Positions 41,073 through 51,972 are shown, counted from the whole stretch's first letter. The stretch is 61,737 nucleotides of DNA, filler included, from 8 parts of 8 records of this genome joined end to end with filler, not necessarily neighbours in it; one strand, 5' to 3'. The notes: generated by a model not told the origin, from the sequence alone. Made by a program: numbers and translations.

Positions 41073-41657
41073 TTGAAAAAAACAACCACGCTGCTGATTG
41101 TTGCAGCAATATTAGCATTACTTTTATCGGGCTGCGGTAAATCAAAACCAGCAGATACTCAGATCACACCGTCGGCCGGCCCGTATGTCGCCATAACGGT
41201 ATATTTTAATCCGCAGGACGGTATCGCCACGAATCAATATGCCGTATGGATTGAGGACGGCAGCGGCAAATTGGTAAAGACCGTGTTCGCCACACATTAC
41301 ACCGCCGACGGCGGTTGGAAAAAGCGGCCGGAAGCCCTGCCGGTCTGGGTCGAAAAATCCGGACTGAGCGCTGGTACAGCGCAGAATATAGATGCCTACA
41401 CCGGCGCGACGCCAAAGGAAGCCGGCCGTCAGGTCTATTACTGGGACTGCACGGACGAAAACGGGCAAATCGTCCCAGACGGTGATTACCGCTTCGTCAC
41501 GGAAGGCATTATTTATTGGGCGGACGCTGTCACCTTTACCGGCACGATTCATGTTGGCGGCGACGAGAACGCCACGCAGGCCGAGGCGCAGTATACAACC
41601 GACGAGGCGGCCGGCACCGATATGATCTCGGGTGTTGATGCCGCCTACACGCCGTAA
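41073..41657 (+). CDS. DUF2271-family lipoprotein with a putative flavinylation motif
   Basis: Lipobox LLLSGC; QYAVWIED..G..VKT.F.T; LPVW; DAYTGAT; WDCTD..G..VPDG.Y. Confidence 0.8.
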   Translation: MKKTTTLLIVAAILALLLSGCGKSKPADTQITPSAGPYVAITVYFNPQDGIATNQYAVWIEDGSGKLVKTVFATHYTADGGWKKRPEALPVWVEKSGLSAGTAQNIDAYTGATPKEAGRQVYYWDCTDENGQIVPDGDYRFVTEGIIYWADAVTFTGTIHVGGDENATQAEAQYTTDEAAGTDMISGVDAAYTP

Positions 41658-41756
41658 AGCGCCTGCGGTCCCCTTCTCCCCTTTTGAATGTCAGAGCCTA
41701 TAAACGTCCCCGATGGTCTACACAATCATAAGAAATGCACACATGTGGGTTATACT

Positions 41757-41789
41757 AAAACGCGCCGCTTTATAAAAGCGGCGCGTTTG
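41757..41789. terminator. bidirectional terminator
   Basis: AAAACGCGCCGCTTT-ATA-AAAGCGGCGCGTTT. Confidence 0.7.
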
Positions 41790-41800
41790 TTATTCAAGTA

Positions 41801-42953
41801 TTATTCCAAATCTACCGAATAGGCGATGTTGATCGAGTGGCTTGCGATGCGTTCCAGCGAGGCAAGCATATTGGTGAATACAACACCCGTATGCGGCCGG
41901 CATAATTCCTCCTGCAGCCGATGGATATGATTTTCCGTATAAATCCGCTGCATTTTGTCAACCTCGCGCTTCATGGCTTCCAGAGAGTCCATCGCGGCCA
42001 AATCCCGTGTCTTGAAAACCTCCAGACTCATCTGGAAAACGTCCATGGTTTTGTCCGCAATGACTTTCAGCTCACTTTTCGCCTCGGTTGTCATTTTTTC
42101 TTTTGTATCAATCAGCGTCATGGTATATTCAGCAATGTTTTCAGCACGGTCGCTGATACGCTCAAGGTCGATGATCACATGATGAAGCTTGCCGAGCTGC
42201 TTGAGGTCATGCTCCGGCAAATCCGCCCCTCGAAAATTGATCATGTAATTGGTGATATTGTCGCTGAGAAAATCCACCGTTTTTTCGATCTCGGCCACCT
42301 TATGCACCGTTAACTCGTCCCGATTGAAAAACGCGTCGAGGGCCAGGCTAAAATTGTCCCGTGTAATCATACCCATGCGGTTGAGCTCTTTCATCGTCTG
42401 GCTGAGCGCGATAGCCGGCGTCTGAATAATCCGTTCGTCGAGATATACGAGCTTTTTTTCCGCGCTGCCGGGCTTGCTTTTATCCGGGATAATGATTGAC
42501 ACGAGCTTCACCATCGCCGGCGCCAGCGGGAACATAAGGACCGTAACGGATACGTTAAAGACCGTGTGGAAATTGGCGATCTGGCGGGTGACGTTCTCCG
42601 GCGACAAGGAGGCAATCCAGGTCAAAAGACTTGGGAACACGGCCAACACTATTAGATATATAACCGTACCGGCCACATTAAATATAAGGTGGATACCGGC
42701 TGCGCGTTTTGAGTTCGTACTGGTACCGACGGCGGCCAAAAGGGCCGTAACGCAAGTGCCGATATTCTGTCCAAGTACAATATAAACAGCAGAGTCGAGA
42801 CCGATGAGGCCCATTAAAGCCATTGCCTGCAGAATACCGACAGAGGCCGAGGAGCTTTGTATGATGGCAGTGAAGCCAGCTCCAATGAGGATACCAATTA
42901 CAGGGCTTTTAAAGTTGACGAGAAAGTTGCGAAACGCCTCGTTTTCCCGGAGC
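41801..42953 (-). CDS. Na/Pi cotransporter family protein with PhoU-like C-terminal domains, 5'-truncated
   Basis: IIQSSSA, GQNIGTCVTA, IANFHTVFN, two DLERI.D-type PhoU repeats. Confidence 0.9.
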
Positions 42954-43053
42954 NNNNNNNNNNNNNNNNNNNNNNNNNNNNNNNNNNNNNNNNNNNNTTA
43001 ATTAATTAANNNNNNNNNNNNNNNNNNNNNNNNNNNNNNNNNNNNNNNNNNNN

Positions 43054-43697
43054 TTTTTGCATTTATTTCTTGTTTGATCAGTTCTTTTATAATTTTTAAT
43101 CTGGCTAATCACAATAAAAAAGTTAATGTAGCAACTTTACTGATAATCGGTATTGCTATATCCTCTTTTTTAGGTTCTTTTACATCATTTGCTATGTACT
43201 TTATAGGAGAAGATTCGTATAGAATAACTATGTGGACAATGGGGTATTTGGGAGCTGCCACTTGGGAAAAAGTCTGGATTTTGCTAATACCTCTGCTTAT
43301 TTCAGTTGTATATTTTTATAAAGTCAGAATCGAGCTTGATGCACTCTTAAACGGCGATGAAGAAGCCCATGCATTAGGGGTAGAAGTTGATAAACTGAAG
43401 AAAAAGTTACTTATAGTCTCTTCGCTTATAGTAGCATTTTCAGTGGCTTTTAGCGGTATGATAGGTTTTATCGGACTTATTGTCCCTCATACACTGCGGA
43501 TGTTAGTTGGAGGAAGTAACAGTAAACTTATACCAAGTGCAACTGTGGGTGGAGGACTGTTTTTATTAGTTTGTGATACTATAGCCAGAACGGTTTTGGC
43601 ACCTGTAGAGATACCAATTGGAGTTATAACATCATTTTTAGGAGCTCCGTTTTTTATCTATTTAGCTTTCAAAGCAAAGAAAGGCGGCTTATTATAA
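43054..43697 (+). CDS. heme/iron-siderophore ABC permease (FecCD/HmuU), 5'-truncated
   Basis: GDEEAHALGV, GMIGFIGLIVPH, CDTIAR..EIPIGVITSFLGAPFF. Confidence 0.9.
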
Positions 43698-44479
43698 TGA
43701 ATATTTATACAATAAGTAATCTTAAATATAGCATAAGGGAAAAAGTTATTCTAAATGAGATAAATTTTTCTGTTAAAAAAGGAGAAATTTTAGGTATCTT
43801 AGGACCTAATGGAAGCGGGAAATCTACTTTGCTAAAGACACTTCTTAATTATCTAAAAAAAGATAATGGAAAAATAGAAGTAATAGACAAAGAGATAGAA
43901 AAGTATAAAAATAAAGAACTGGCTAAAATTGCAGGATTTGTACCTCAAAAACCGAGACTTACAATGTCTCTCAGCGTACGGGATTTTGCTTTGCTCGGTA
44001 GATTACCACATATAAAAAATTCATTTAGTTCATACAGCCAAGAAGATTATGATTATGTAAATGAAATATTGAGAATTATCCAATTAGATAAATTTAAAGA
44101 CAGAGATGTTCATAGCTTGTCAGGTGGAGAATTTCAGAGAGTATTGCTGGCGAGAGCATTAGCACAAGCTCCTGAAGTACTTATTTTAGATGAGGCGACT
44201 TCGGCTATGGACATGAACCATGCACTAAATATGATGAATTTAACAGAAAAATTAGTTAAAAATCATGAATTAACAGCAGTAGCTGTATTACATGATTTGA
44301 ATTTAGCTGCACTTTATTGTGATAAAATAATTTTTTTAAAAGAGGGAAGTATAAAATATTTTGGAGAAGTAAAGGATTTATTTACAGAAGATAAACTAAA
44401 AGAGATATACGGTTTTGATTGTAACATCATAGAAAATTCATACGGGAGACCATCAATCATACCGTTAAAGGGAGTATAA
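43697..44479 (+). CDS. heme/iron ABC ATP-binding protein (HmuV/FecE)
   Basis: GPNGSGKST, LSGGEFQRV..ARALAQ, LDEATS, LHDLNLA. Confidence 0.92.
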   Translation: MNIYTISNLKYSIREKVILNEINFSVKKGEILGILGPNGSGKSTLLKTLLNYLKKDNGKIEVIDKEIEKYKNKELAKIAGFVPQKPRLTMSLSVRDFALLGRLPHIKNSFSSYSQEDYDYVNEILRIIQLDKFKDRDVHSLSGGEFQRVLLARALAQAPEVLILDEATSAMDMNHALNMMNLTEKLVKNHELTAVAVLHDLNLAALYCDKIIFLKEGSIKYFGEVKDLFTEDKLKEIYGFDCNIIENSYGRPSIIPLKGV

Positions 44480-45718
44480 ATGTTTAAAAGAAGATTAAAA
44501 TCACATCATAATGCCGGGGGCTTATTAGACAAACATATTGCAAAAACAAGAATTGATAAAAAAGCATATTTGAATATCCTTAATCAAAAAGGAGATATAC
44601 AGAGCAAAGTAATGTACATTCATATACCGTTTTGTGATAAGATATGCTCATTTTGTAATTTGAATAGAACACAGCTTGATAATGATCTGGAGGAGTATAC
44701 AGAGTATCTTCTGGCAGAGATCAGATCAATTGCGGAGAATAGTTATGTAAAAGATAATCTGTTTGAATCAATCTATTTTGGTGGTGGAACTCCTACAATT
44801 TTGAGAACTCATCAATTAGAAAAAATACTTGTCTGTATTACTGAAAATTATAATTTACATGATGAATATGAGTGGACATTTGAAACAACTCTTCATAACT
44901 TAAATAATGAAAAAATAGAGCTATTTAATAAATACGGAGTAAACAGATTAAGTATAGGAATACAGACGTTTTCTGATAAAGGCAGAGATTTCCTGAACAG
45001 AACTTACAACAAAAATGAGATAAAAGAGAGAATAAACGAGCTAAAAAATAAATTCAAGGGATATATCTGCGCAGATATCATTTATAACTATCAGGGGCAA
45101 AGTACTGAAGAGGTTAGAGAGGATGCAAAGTTAATCAAAGAACTCAAATTTGATAGTGTCAGCTTTTACTCACTTATGATACATGAAGGTTCAAAGTTAT
45201 CAGAGCAAAACATAATGTTATCAGATTCGGCTAAAGACTATGATTATTTCAAGGCATTTTATGATCAGTTAAATAATGATGATGAATGGGAACTGCTTGA
45301 ACTGACTAAATTTGTTCGAAAAAACAGAGATAAATACAAATATATCACTTTACGAAATACCGGGGCAGATACTCTACCGCTTGGAGTTGGAGCCGGAGGA
45401 AATGTTGGAGATATTTCAGTCTATAATATGAAAGAAAATATGTCATTTTATGTTAAACAAAGTGATAAACATATTAAATACAATAAACTTGGCGGATTAT
45501 TACAGTTTAGTTCATATGATCTAATTAAAATTCAAAAAATAATAGATCCTGAAAATTATGAAATATTTTTGTCATGCCTTAAAACATTTGAAGATGAAGG
45601 GTTGGGACATTTTGAAGAAAACAGATTTTACTTAAATTCAAAAGGTATTTTCTGGGGTAATAATATGTCCAAATATTTATGTGAAAAATTAATTGAAAAG
45701 GAGTTTTTTTATGATTAA
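44480..45718 (+). CDS. HemN-like class C radical SAM protein, probable anaerobic heme-degrading HmuW/ChuW
   Basis: YIHIPFCDKICSFC, YFGGGTPT, NRLSIGIQTF; KSHH N-terminus; lies inside a heme-type ABC operon. Confidence 0.78.
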   Translation: MFKRRLKSHHNAGGLLDKHIAKTRIDKKAYLNILNQKGDIQSKVMYIHIPFCDKICSFCNLNRTQLDNDLEEYTEYLLAEIRSIAENSYVKDNLFESIYFGGGTPTILRTHQLEKILVCITENYNLHDEYEWTFETTLHNLNNEKIELFNKYGVNRLSIGIQTFSDKGRDFLNRTYNKNEIKERINELKNKFKGYICADIIYNYQGQSTEEVREDAKLIKELKFDSVSFYSLMIHEGSKLSEQNIMLSDSAKDYDYFKAFYDQLNNDDEWELLELTKFVRKNRDKYKYITLRNTGADTLPLGVGAGGNVGDISVYNMKENMSFYVKQSDKHIKYNKLGGLLQFSSYDLIKIQKIIDPENYEIFLSCLKTFEDEGLGHFEENRFYLNSKGIFWGNNMSKYLCEKLIEKEFFYD

Positions 45719-46533
45719 AAAATTAGTATTGTTCTTTGCACTAAGCCTTACACTATTTGCAACTGAATATGAGCGAATTATTGTGCTTGATCCTGCAGTT
45801 GTGGAAACAATCTATATGCTCGGTGGTGAGGATAGAATAGAAGCTATAGCACATTCAACTATGACGCCTATTGAGCCTGCTGATAAAACGAAAAAGTTAC
45901 CAAATGTAGGAACCCTTCTAAAACCAAGTCTTGAGCTGATTATGGCGCATAAGCCCGACATGGTAATTGCAGGTAAATTTCATGGAAAAATACTTAAAAG
46001 TTTTGAAACTTTCGGAGTTCCATATACGACCTTTGAAGCAAAAACACTGGATGATATGCTAAATAATATTTTATCAATAGGAGAAATGGTTGGAAGGCAA
46101 GATGAAGCAAAAGCACTATATGAGATTAGTTCAAATAAACTAAACAGAGTAAAAAAAGGCTTGGAGAAAAAACCTTTGAATTTGAAAGGAACTTTTATCT
46201 ATAATTCCACTCCATTAATTGCATTTTCGGGTAAATCTATTCAACACGAGATACTACTTTCTTTGGGAGTCGAAGATATAGCAGCCGGAGTTGTCGGACA
46301 GAGACCTATTTTAAGCCCCGAATATATTTTAGAAGAAAATCCTGATTTTTTAATTGGAATTATGGGAATAAAATCAAAAGAAGATTTAATCAGAAGTAAT
46401 GAATATCTGCTGAAGACTAAAGCAGGTAGAAAAAAATATCCACATATTGCAGTCAAATAGAATACTTCGTATTTCGCCGCATATAGTTTCTGAAATAGAA
46501 AAAATTTATGAATTTTTGAATAGTTTAAACTAG
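45711..46533 (+). CDS. periplasmic/extracellular heme- or siderophore-binding protein (HmuT/BtuF type), frameshift at the A7 run 46430-46436
   Basis: Signal peptide, RIIVLDPAVVE, PSLELI..KPD, ENPDFL; the alternative frame continues NIHILQSNRILRISP..LN* to 46533. Confidence 0.85.
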
Positions 46534-46762
46534 GATTTTTGACTCCAAACCCCTCAAACATTCAAAAATAAGTTTAATAAAATGGAAATAATAGATTCTG
46601 ACACAATTATTTTCAATGACAAGATTAAGGCTGATTATAAACATGAAATAAACTGGACTATTTTTAGAACTGAAAACAAGCAAAATTAATGGCAACTATG
46701 TTACCTAAAAAATAAATCAACAACCTACGCCGCAATCGCGGTTAAGAGTTTTTTAAATTTAT

Positions 46763-46806
46763 AAATGCAAGCTTGGAAAATAATTTCTAAGCTTGCATTC
46801 TTTTTA
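46763..46806. terminator. intrinsic terminator-like hairpin between convergent operons
   Basis: AATGCAAGCTT..AAGCTTGCATT followed by a T-tract. Confidence 0.6.
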
Positions 46807-46927
46807 CTATTTTTTCTTGTTTAAACAATTCTATTGTAAAGGGTTTCTTTAATAACGAGCTTTATATTTTCAAAAGTATTAAACCAAAGACAGCTGTTAA
46901 CTTTCTTTTTAACAAATCGATGGTTAA

Positions 46928-47755
46928 TTATATCAAAGCAAGCAAAAATAAACTGGACAAAAGTATCATTAAAATTGGACCAATTAGACTTAATGTTTTT
47001 CTGAGCATAGGGTGAGTTTTTCTTCCTGAAAACTTTAATTGAGTTTTACCGAGCTTAGTTAAGATTCCAATACTAAAGATTGTTATAGCCATACCAATAG
47101 CCATAATATATGCAGCCAATACACCAATCTTGAACATTTTTAAAGAAATAGAAAAAATTAAGAGAGTCATAGCTCCTGGACAAGGAACTCCTCCAATAGC
47201 TAAAGCCATAAAAAAAGAGTTTTTATAAATAGTTTTATGATTATGATGATTATTTTCATTTTGCTTTATTTCATGAAATAACAGATAAATCCCCATCAAA
47301 ATAATTAGAGTAAAACTTACAACTTGAATAGACTTCTCTATATCACTAAAAATTGAAGGTAAAATCCTGTCCATGCTAAATTTTAAAACATTTACAATTA
47401 TTATGGCTGAAGTAACATGGAAAAATGAGATGAGGCTACCCAATAATATAATTTCAAGATTCTTTAGCTTTTTAGTTAAAACATATGAGGATAAAAAAAC
47501 TTTACCATGACCAGGACCCGCTGCATGTAGAGAGCCATATATAAAAGATGAAAACAAGAGAATAGCAATTGCCTCTTTTGAATTTTCTTTTTTTATTTTT
47601 ATCATAGTTTGTGATATTTTCTTTTTAAAATCACGTTGAGTATTTATTAGATTTTTTCTATATGTTATTTTAATATCAGTACCATATTCTCTGAATAGGA
47701 AAACTGACATTAAAAATAATAATACAACTATTACAAGTTTTAAAGTTTTATTCAT
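46928..47755 (-). CDS. nickel/cobalt (NicO/RcnA-type, ZevB-like) transporter
   Basis: YGSLHAAGPGHGK, His-rich loop NHHNH, VPCPGA. Confidence 0.88.
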   Translation of the reverse strand: MNKTLKLVIVVLLFLMSVFLFREYGTDIKITYRKNLINTQRDFKKKISQTMIKIKKENSKEAIAILLFSSFIYGSLHAAGPGHGKVFLSSYVLTKKLKNLEIILLGSLISFFHVTSAIIIVNVLKFSMDRILPSIFSDIEKSIQVVSFTLIILMGIYLLFHEIKQNENNHHNHKTIYKNSFFMALAIGGVPCPGAMTLLIFSISLKMFKIGVLAAYIMAIGMAITIFSIGILTKLGKTQLKFSGRKTHPMLRKTLSLIGPILMILLSSLFLLALI

Positions 47756-48343
47756 TTAATCTCTCCTTATTTTCACGACAATTTCTTCAGGGTATATTTG
47801 TTCGAAATAGTATGCATTCTCTTCATTATACTGTATACTTACATCAATATTATAATTCTCATTATTATTAAATATAATAGGATTTGGTTCAATTAAATAA
47901 TAGTCTGTATAGTACTCTTTGTCATAGATAGATATAATTAGCTCTGTTTCCTTATCAAAAATATCAATATTTAAAGGAATATAAAATGAAAAAACTATAT
48001 ATTCTTCTGATTTTCTCACCTTGAACCAGTCAATATTTTTAACAGGAAAATCTTCCCCATTTATTTTTATTTTAGTTCGGTAGTTTTCATTTTTCAGTAA
48101 TTCAAACTCTTCTTTTCTAATTAATTCTATCTCTTCATCAGTAAATTTCTCCAAACCAAATCTACCTGTTATCATTTCTATTAAAGCACTGTACATCTCA
48201 TCATAGACCCACCTTACTTCAATTCCCTTTAGCCCTTTTTCATTGAAGTCTCCCACTATTAACGTATCAACAAATACATGTGGATGAGAAAAGCTAACAA
48301 TCGTTATAAAAATATAAGTTATTAAATAGAGTTTTTTTCTCAT
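47756..48343 (-). CDS. DUF1007 (ZevA-like) metal-binding periplasmic protein
   Basis: Signal peptide followed by HPHVF; W.YDEMYS; YDKEYY. Confidence 0.85.
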   Translation of the reverse strand: MRKKLYLITYIFITIVSFSHPHVFVDTLIVGDFNEKGLKGIEVRWVYDEMYSALIEMITGRFGLEKFTDEEIELIRKEEFELLKNENYRTKIKINGEDFPVKNIDWFKVRKSEEYIVFSFYIPLNIDIFDKETELIISIYDKEYYTDYYLIEPNPIIFNNNENYNIDVSIQYNEENAYYFEQIYPEEIVVKIRRD

Positions 48344-48980
48344 GTTATTCCTTTCTTTTTTACATAAACTAATTGATATATTGTGTTGCCTTAAATTATA
48401 ACATACAGGATTTAAAAACTCTATCAGGGTATTCGTCGATTTAATAGCTCAATGTAATTATGAGAATAATATTGGAACAACCACTTGATTATGGTAGTGG
48501 TTTAATAAATGTGTAAATCTTTCTCATTCATCCCACTTTTAATTTTAACTCTATATCTTTCAAAAAAAGTGTCAGTGCTTACACTTTTTTACGTAAGTAA
48601 TTTCTACTGTATTAATAAGAATATCTGTTATAATATAGAAAGAAGTCAAATAAAGAAGAGGGATTCTATGTTAAAAAAAATAGTTGCATTGAACCTTTAA
48701 ATATCAACCAAGAAGCAAAAGAAAAGATAAAAAAATACTTAAACTCTAAAAATCCATGTGNNNNNNNNNNNNNNNNNNNNNNNNNNNNNNNNNNNNNNNN
48801 NNNNTTAATTAATTAANNNNNNNNNNNNNNNNNNNNNNNNNNNNNNNNNNNNNNNNNNNNAACCCGACATTTTAAACTTGAAGCAACACTGGGATCCTGT
48901 TCATCCTTTAATCTTGGGTATCCTGATTCAGACACCATTCAATAGAAATTGTTACAAAAAATAACTATCGAATAATCCGA

Positions 48981-50303
48981 TCACATTCCCACCACTGACG
49001 GAAGCCAAAGAACAACTTCAGGGAAAACCATGATAATGATCAGACAAATCGCCTGAAGTGTAATAAACGGCCACACCGACTTATAAATATCACCCATGGT
49101 GATGTTCGGTGGAACCACACCTTTCATGTAAAAGAGTACAAATCCAAAAGGCGGTGTCAGATAGGCCATCTGCATGTTGACGATAAAGAGGATACCGAAC
49201 CAGAGCGGATCGAACCCCAGCAAGGTGACCAACGGCACATAAATGGGCACGGTTATCATGATGATGGGAAGATCGTCCATGACCATCCCCAGAAGGAAAA
49301 AACTGAGCTGCATGGCGATGAGTACCACCCATGGGCTGATGCCGATGGCATCGATGAGATCTTTCAACAAATGGGGCAATCCAAGAGTGTTGACTACAGC
49401 GGAAAACGCCAGACACCCAATGATGATCCAGAGCACCATGCTGGTGAGATGGGCTGTCTTTTCAGCGGCCTCGGTCACCACTCTCAATGTCACTTCTTTT
49501 GATTTTTCACGGATCAGGACAATGATCATGGAGACGAATGCCCCAACAGCAGCCGCTTCGGTTGGTGTCGCAAGGCCGCTGAAAATGGTGCCCATGATGG
49601 AAAAAATCAAAACAAACGGCATGGCCAAGTTTTTAATTGATTTAAATTTTTCAGGCCAGGAAGCGCGTTCTTCGACCGGAATGGGCGGTGCCACTGTTGG
49701 ATCGATGAGGCTTCGGATGAGGATGTAGCTCATGAAAAGTCCGGCCAGCATGAATCCGGGAATGATACCTGCCAGAAACATTTTTCCGATGGAGAGATTG
49801 GAAAGAGACGCATACACGATCATGGTGACACTGGGAGGAATCAAAAATCCCAACGCCCCGCCACCGGAGATACATCCAATGGCCAGAGAGGATTTATATC
49901 CCCTTTTGAGCATGGCCGGTAGAGCGATCAGGCCCATGGTGACTGTGGCAGCACCCACAACGCCCACCATTGCGGCAAAAATAACGCAGATAAAGACGGT
50001 ACCGATGGCCAAACCACCGGGAACCGGTCCCAGCCATTTATAGATCATCTCAAAAATTTCGTCGGCGATTCCCGATTTTTCCAGCATACAGCCGATAAAG
50101 ATAAATAGAGGAATGGCCAGCAAAATGATACTGGTCATGGTTTCGAGAATGGCAGGCGGAAGCATCAACAGAAAACGAGGGCCGTTGAGAAGCAGCAAGG
50201 ATCCGATACCCACCACACCGAGAGTGAAGGCGACAGGGGTTCGAAGAATAAAAAGAAGAACAACGGCAAGGAACATCAGGGCAACAATCAAACCGGGATT
50301 CAT
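48981..50303 (-). CDS. dctM: TRAP transporter large permease
   Basis: LAIPLFIF.G, GGLA, G.LGFLIPPS, ATPTEAAAVG, TPPFG. Confidence 0.93.
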   Translation of the reverse strand: MNPGLIVALMFLAVVLLFILRTPVAFTLGVVGIGSLLLLNGPRFLLMLPPAILETMTSIILLAIPLFIFIGCMLEKSGIADEIFEMIYKWLGPVPGGLAIGTVFICVIFAAMVGVVGAATVTMGLIALPAMLKRGYKSSLAIGCISGGGALGFLIPPSVTMIVYASLSNLSIGKMFLAGIIPGFMLAGLFMSYILIRSLIDPTVAPPIPVEERASWPEKFKSIKNLAMPFVLIFSIMGTIFSGLATPTEAAAVGAFVSMIIVLIREKSKEVTLRVVTEAAEKTAHLTSMVLWIIIGCLAFSAVVNTLGLPHLLKDLIDAIGISPWVVLIAMQLSFFLLGMVMDDLPIIMITVPIYVPLVTLLGFDPLWFGILFIVNMQMAYLTPPFGFVLFYMKGVVPPNITMGDIYKSVWPFITLQAICLIIIMVFPEVVLWLPSVVGM

Positions 50304-50815
50304 TGGGCACTCCTTTCCGAAGCATTAACAATTGTTTTTGCCAGATCTGCAATGATCTGCAGGATAAAAAACAGAGCTCCGGCAGGTATCATCATTTTTA
50401 CCGGCCACATGATGGGCCCAAAAATGGTGTGAGAGTGCTGGTTGGTTTTAAAGGCGAACCAGGCAAATTTATATCCTTGCCAGAAAAGGATACAAAACAT
50501 GAATAAACCCACAAACGATACGACGATATCTGCAGCTAATTTTCCGTTTCGCGGAAAAAATTGATAGATAATGTCAACGGCCACATGACCTTTTTGCATC
50601 AAAACCCAGCCTCCGGTAAGGGCGATATATGCTGCGAAAATTTGTCCGCACAATTCATGCACCCAGATGGTGGGACTGGAAAAGAAGTAACGGGCGATGA
50701 CTTCAAACACCATGAGTGTCATGAAGACGAAAATCAAGTAACTGGCGCCCTTTCCTACGATATGGTTTATCTTTTCAATAAAACCGATTAATTTTTTTAA
50801 CACCTGCATAAGCAT
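50300..50815 (-). CDS. dctQ: TRAP transporter small permease
   Basis: EVIARYFFSSPTIW..E, HVAVDI, four TM segments; start reassigned. Confidence 0.88.
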   Translation of the reverse strand: MLMQVLKKLIGFIEKINHIVGKGASYLIFVFMTLMVFEVIARYFFSSPTIWVHELCGQIFAAYIALTGGWVLMQKGHVAVDIIYQFFPRNGKLAADIVVSFVGLFMFCILFWQGYKFAWFAFKTNQHSHTIFGPIMWPVKMMIPAGALFFILQIIADLAKTIVNASERSAQ

Positions 50816-50922
50816 CCTATCCTGGTCAACCCAGTATTCTCCCCCTCTCCATGCATGGGAGAGGGGGCGTTCAGCTTTGGTAATTTGAGGGCTCATTCGT
50901 CCCTAGATTTTTTTATCGATGA

Positions 50923-51972
50923 TTACAGATTGATTCCTCTTTTCTTCAGATCTTTTTTAACCAACTGAATATATTGAGCGGACAATTCGTCTTTTGACAA
51001 CTCCTCATCCCACAGGCTTACAGCGGTACGGATCCATTTTGTCACGACATCCTGGGGCAGTTCCACATATTTGGCACCGTTGGCTTCCATTTTCGTTTTG
51101 ACCACTGTGTTTTCTTTTTCAAACAGTTTAGCGACATGAGTAGAACACTGTTTCAACTCGCTATCTAAAATTTTCTGGAGATCTTCAGGAAGCTCATTCC
51201 AGCGATCCTGATTGATGATGACTTCACAGTTCTGAGCACCGGATATTTCAGGAACCGTCTGATATTTTGCCACCTCAAATGTTTTGGCAAGAAAGCTCTC
51301 GGTATGACTGCCACTGATTTCGGCATCGATGGTGCCTCTGGAGAGGGCGACGTAGATCTCTGAAAAAGGGATGAATACCGTGGGGATACCCATTTTCTGA
51401 AGAGTTTTGGCAATTGTACCGGATGCCCGAACTTTCAGTTTTTTAAGATCATCCCATGAGTTGATCGGTTTTTTGGAAACGATGGTATATCCATCCATGA
51501 CAAGGGGAGCACCATAGAAGACATTGACCCTGGCATAGGCATCTCGATAAAATTTCAGGACCTCTTCGTCATAGATGAACTCGAGGATCTGCTCGACATT
51601 TCTGGGATCTCCGGGAAGGGCGAATGCAGTGGCTGCGACAGGCAGGATGCCCCCATGGTAGCAGGAACAGGTGGTTCCCATGTCGATGGAGCCGTTTCCG
51701 ACGGTTTCGAAAATGTTCGGTCCTTTGACGAGAGCTCCGGAAGGTAGAATTTGGATGTTGATTCTGCCGTCGCTGCTTTTTTTCACAGCTTTGGCCATGT
51801 CCACCACGGCAACAGTAATGGGATGATTTAGTGAAAACATGTTCTGCATGGTAAATTTAAATGTTTTACCGGCATGTGCCTTCCCAGCCAACATGGTGCT
51901 GAATCCGGTCATCAGCAATGCAACCATGATAATCGAGAGGACATTTCTTAGAGCTGTTTTGGACTTTGACAT
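50923..51972 (-). CDS. dctP: TRAP substrate-binding protein
   Basis: Signal peptide, SDGRINI, GSIDM, DLKKLKVR, EIYVALSRGTIDA, WNELPEDLQ. Confidence 0.92.
   Translation of the reverse strand: MSKSKTALRNVLSIIMVALLMTGFSTMLAGKAHAGKTFKFTMQNMFSLNHPITVAVVDMAKAVKKSSDGRINIQILPSGALVKGPNIFETVGNGSIDMGTTCSCYHGGILPVAATAFALPGDPRNVEQILEFIYDEEVLKFYRDAYARVNVFYGAPLVMDGYTIVSKKPINSWDDLKKLKVRASGTIAKTLQKMGIPTVFIPFSEIYVALSRGTIDAEISGSHTESFLAKTFEVAKYQTVPEISGAQNCEVIINQDRWNELPEDLQKILDSELKQCSTHVAKLFEKENTVVKTKMEANGAKYVELPQDVVTKWIRTAVSLWDEELSKDELSAQYIQLVKKDLKKRGINL

Noticed and set aside
28657-45718. Three radical SAM genes in the window as one pathway
   Set aside because: The HemN-like gene is on a different contig from a different organism
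46582-46689. 35-codon ORF MEIIDSDTIIFNDK..
   Set aside because: No RBS or motif; cannot be distinguished from chance
48668-48760. Start of a gene at the contig end (MLKKIV.. then IEPLNINQEAKEKIKKY in another frame)
   Set aside because: Probably a real frameshifted 5' fragment, but too short to assign a product
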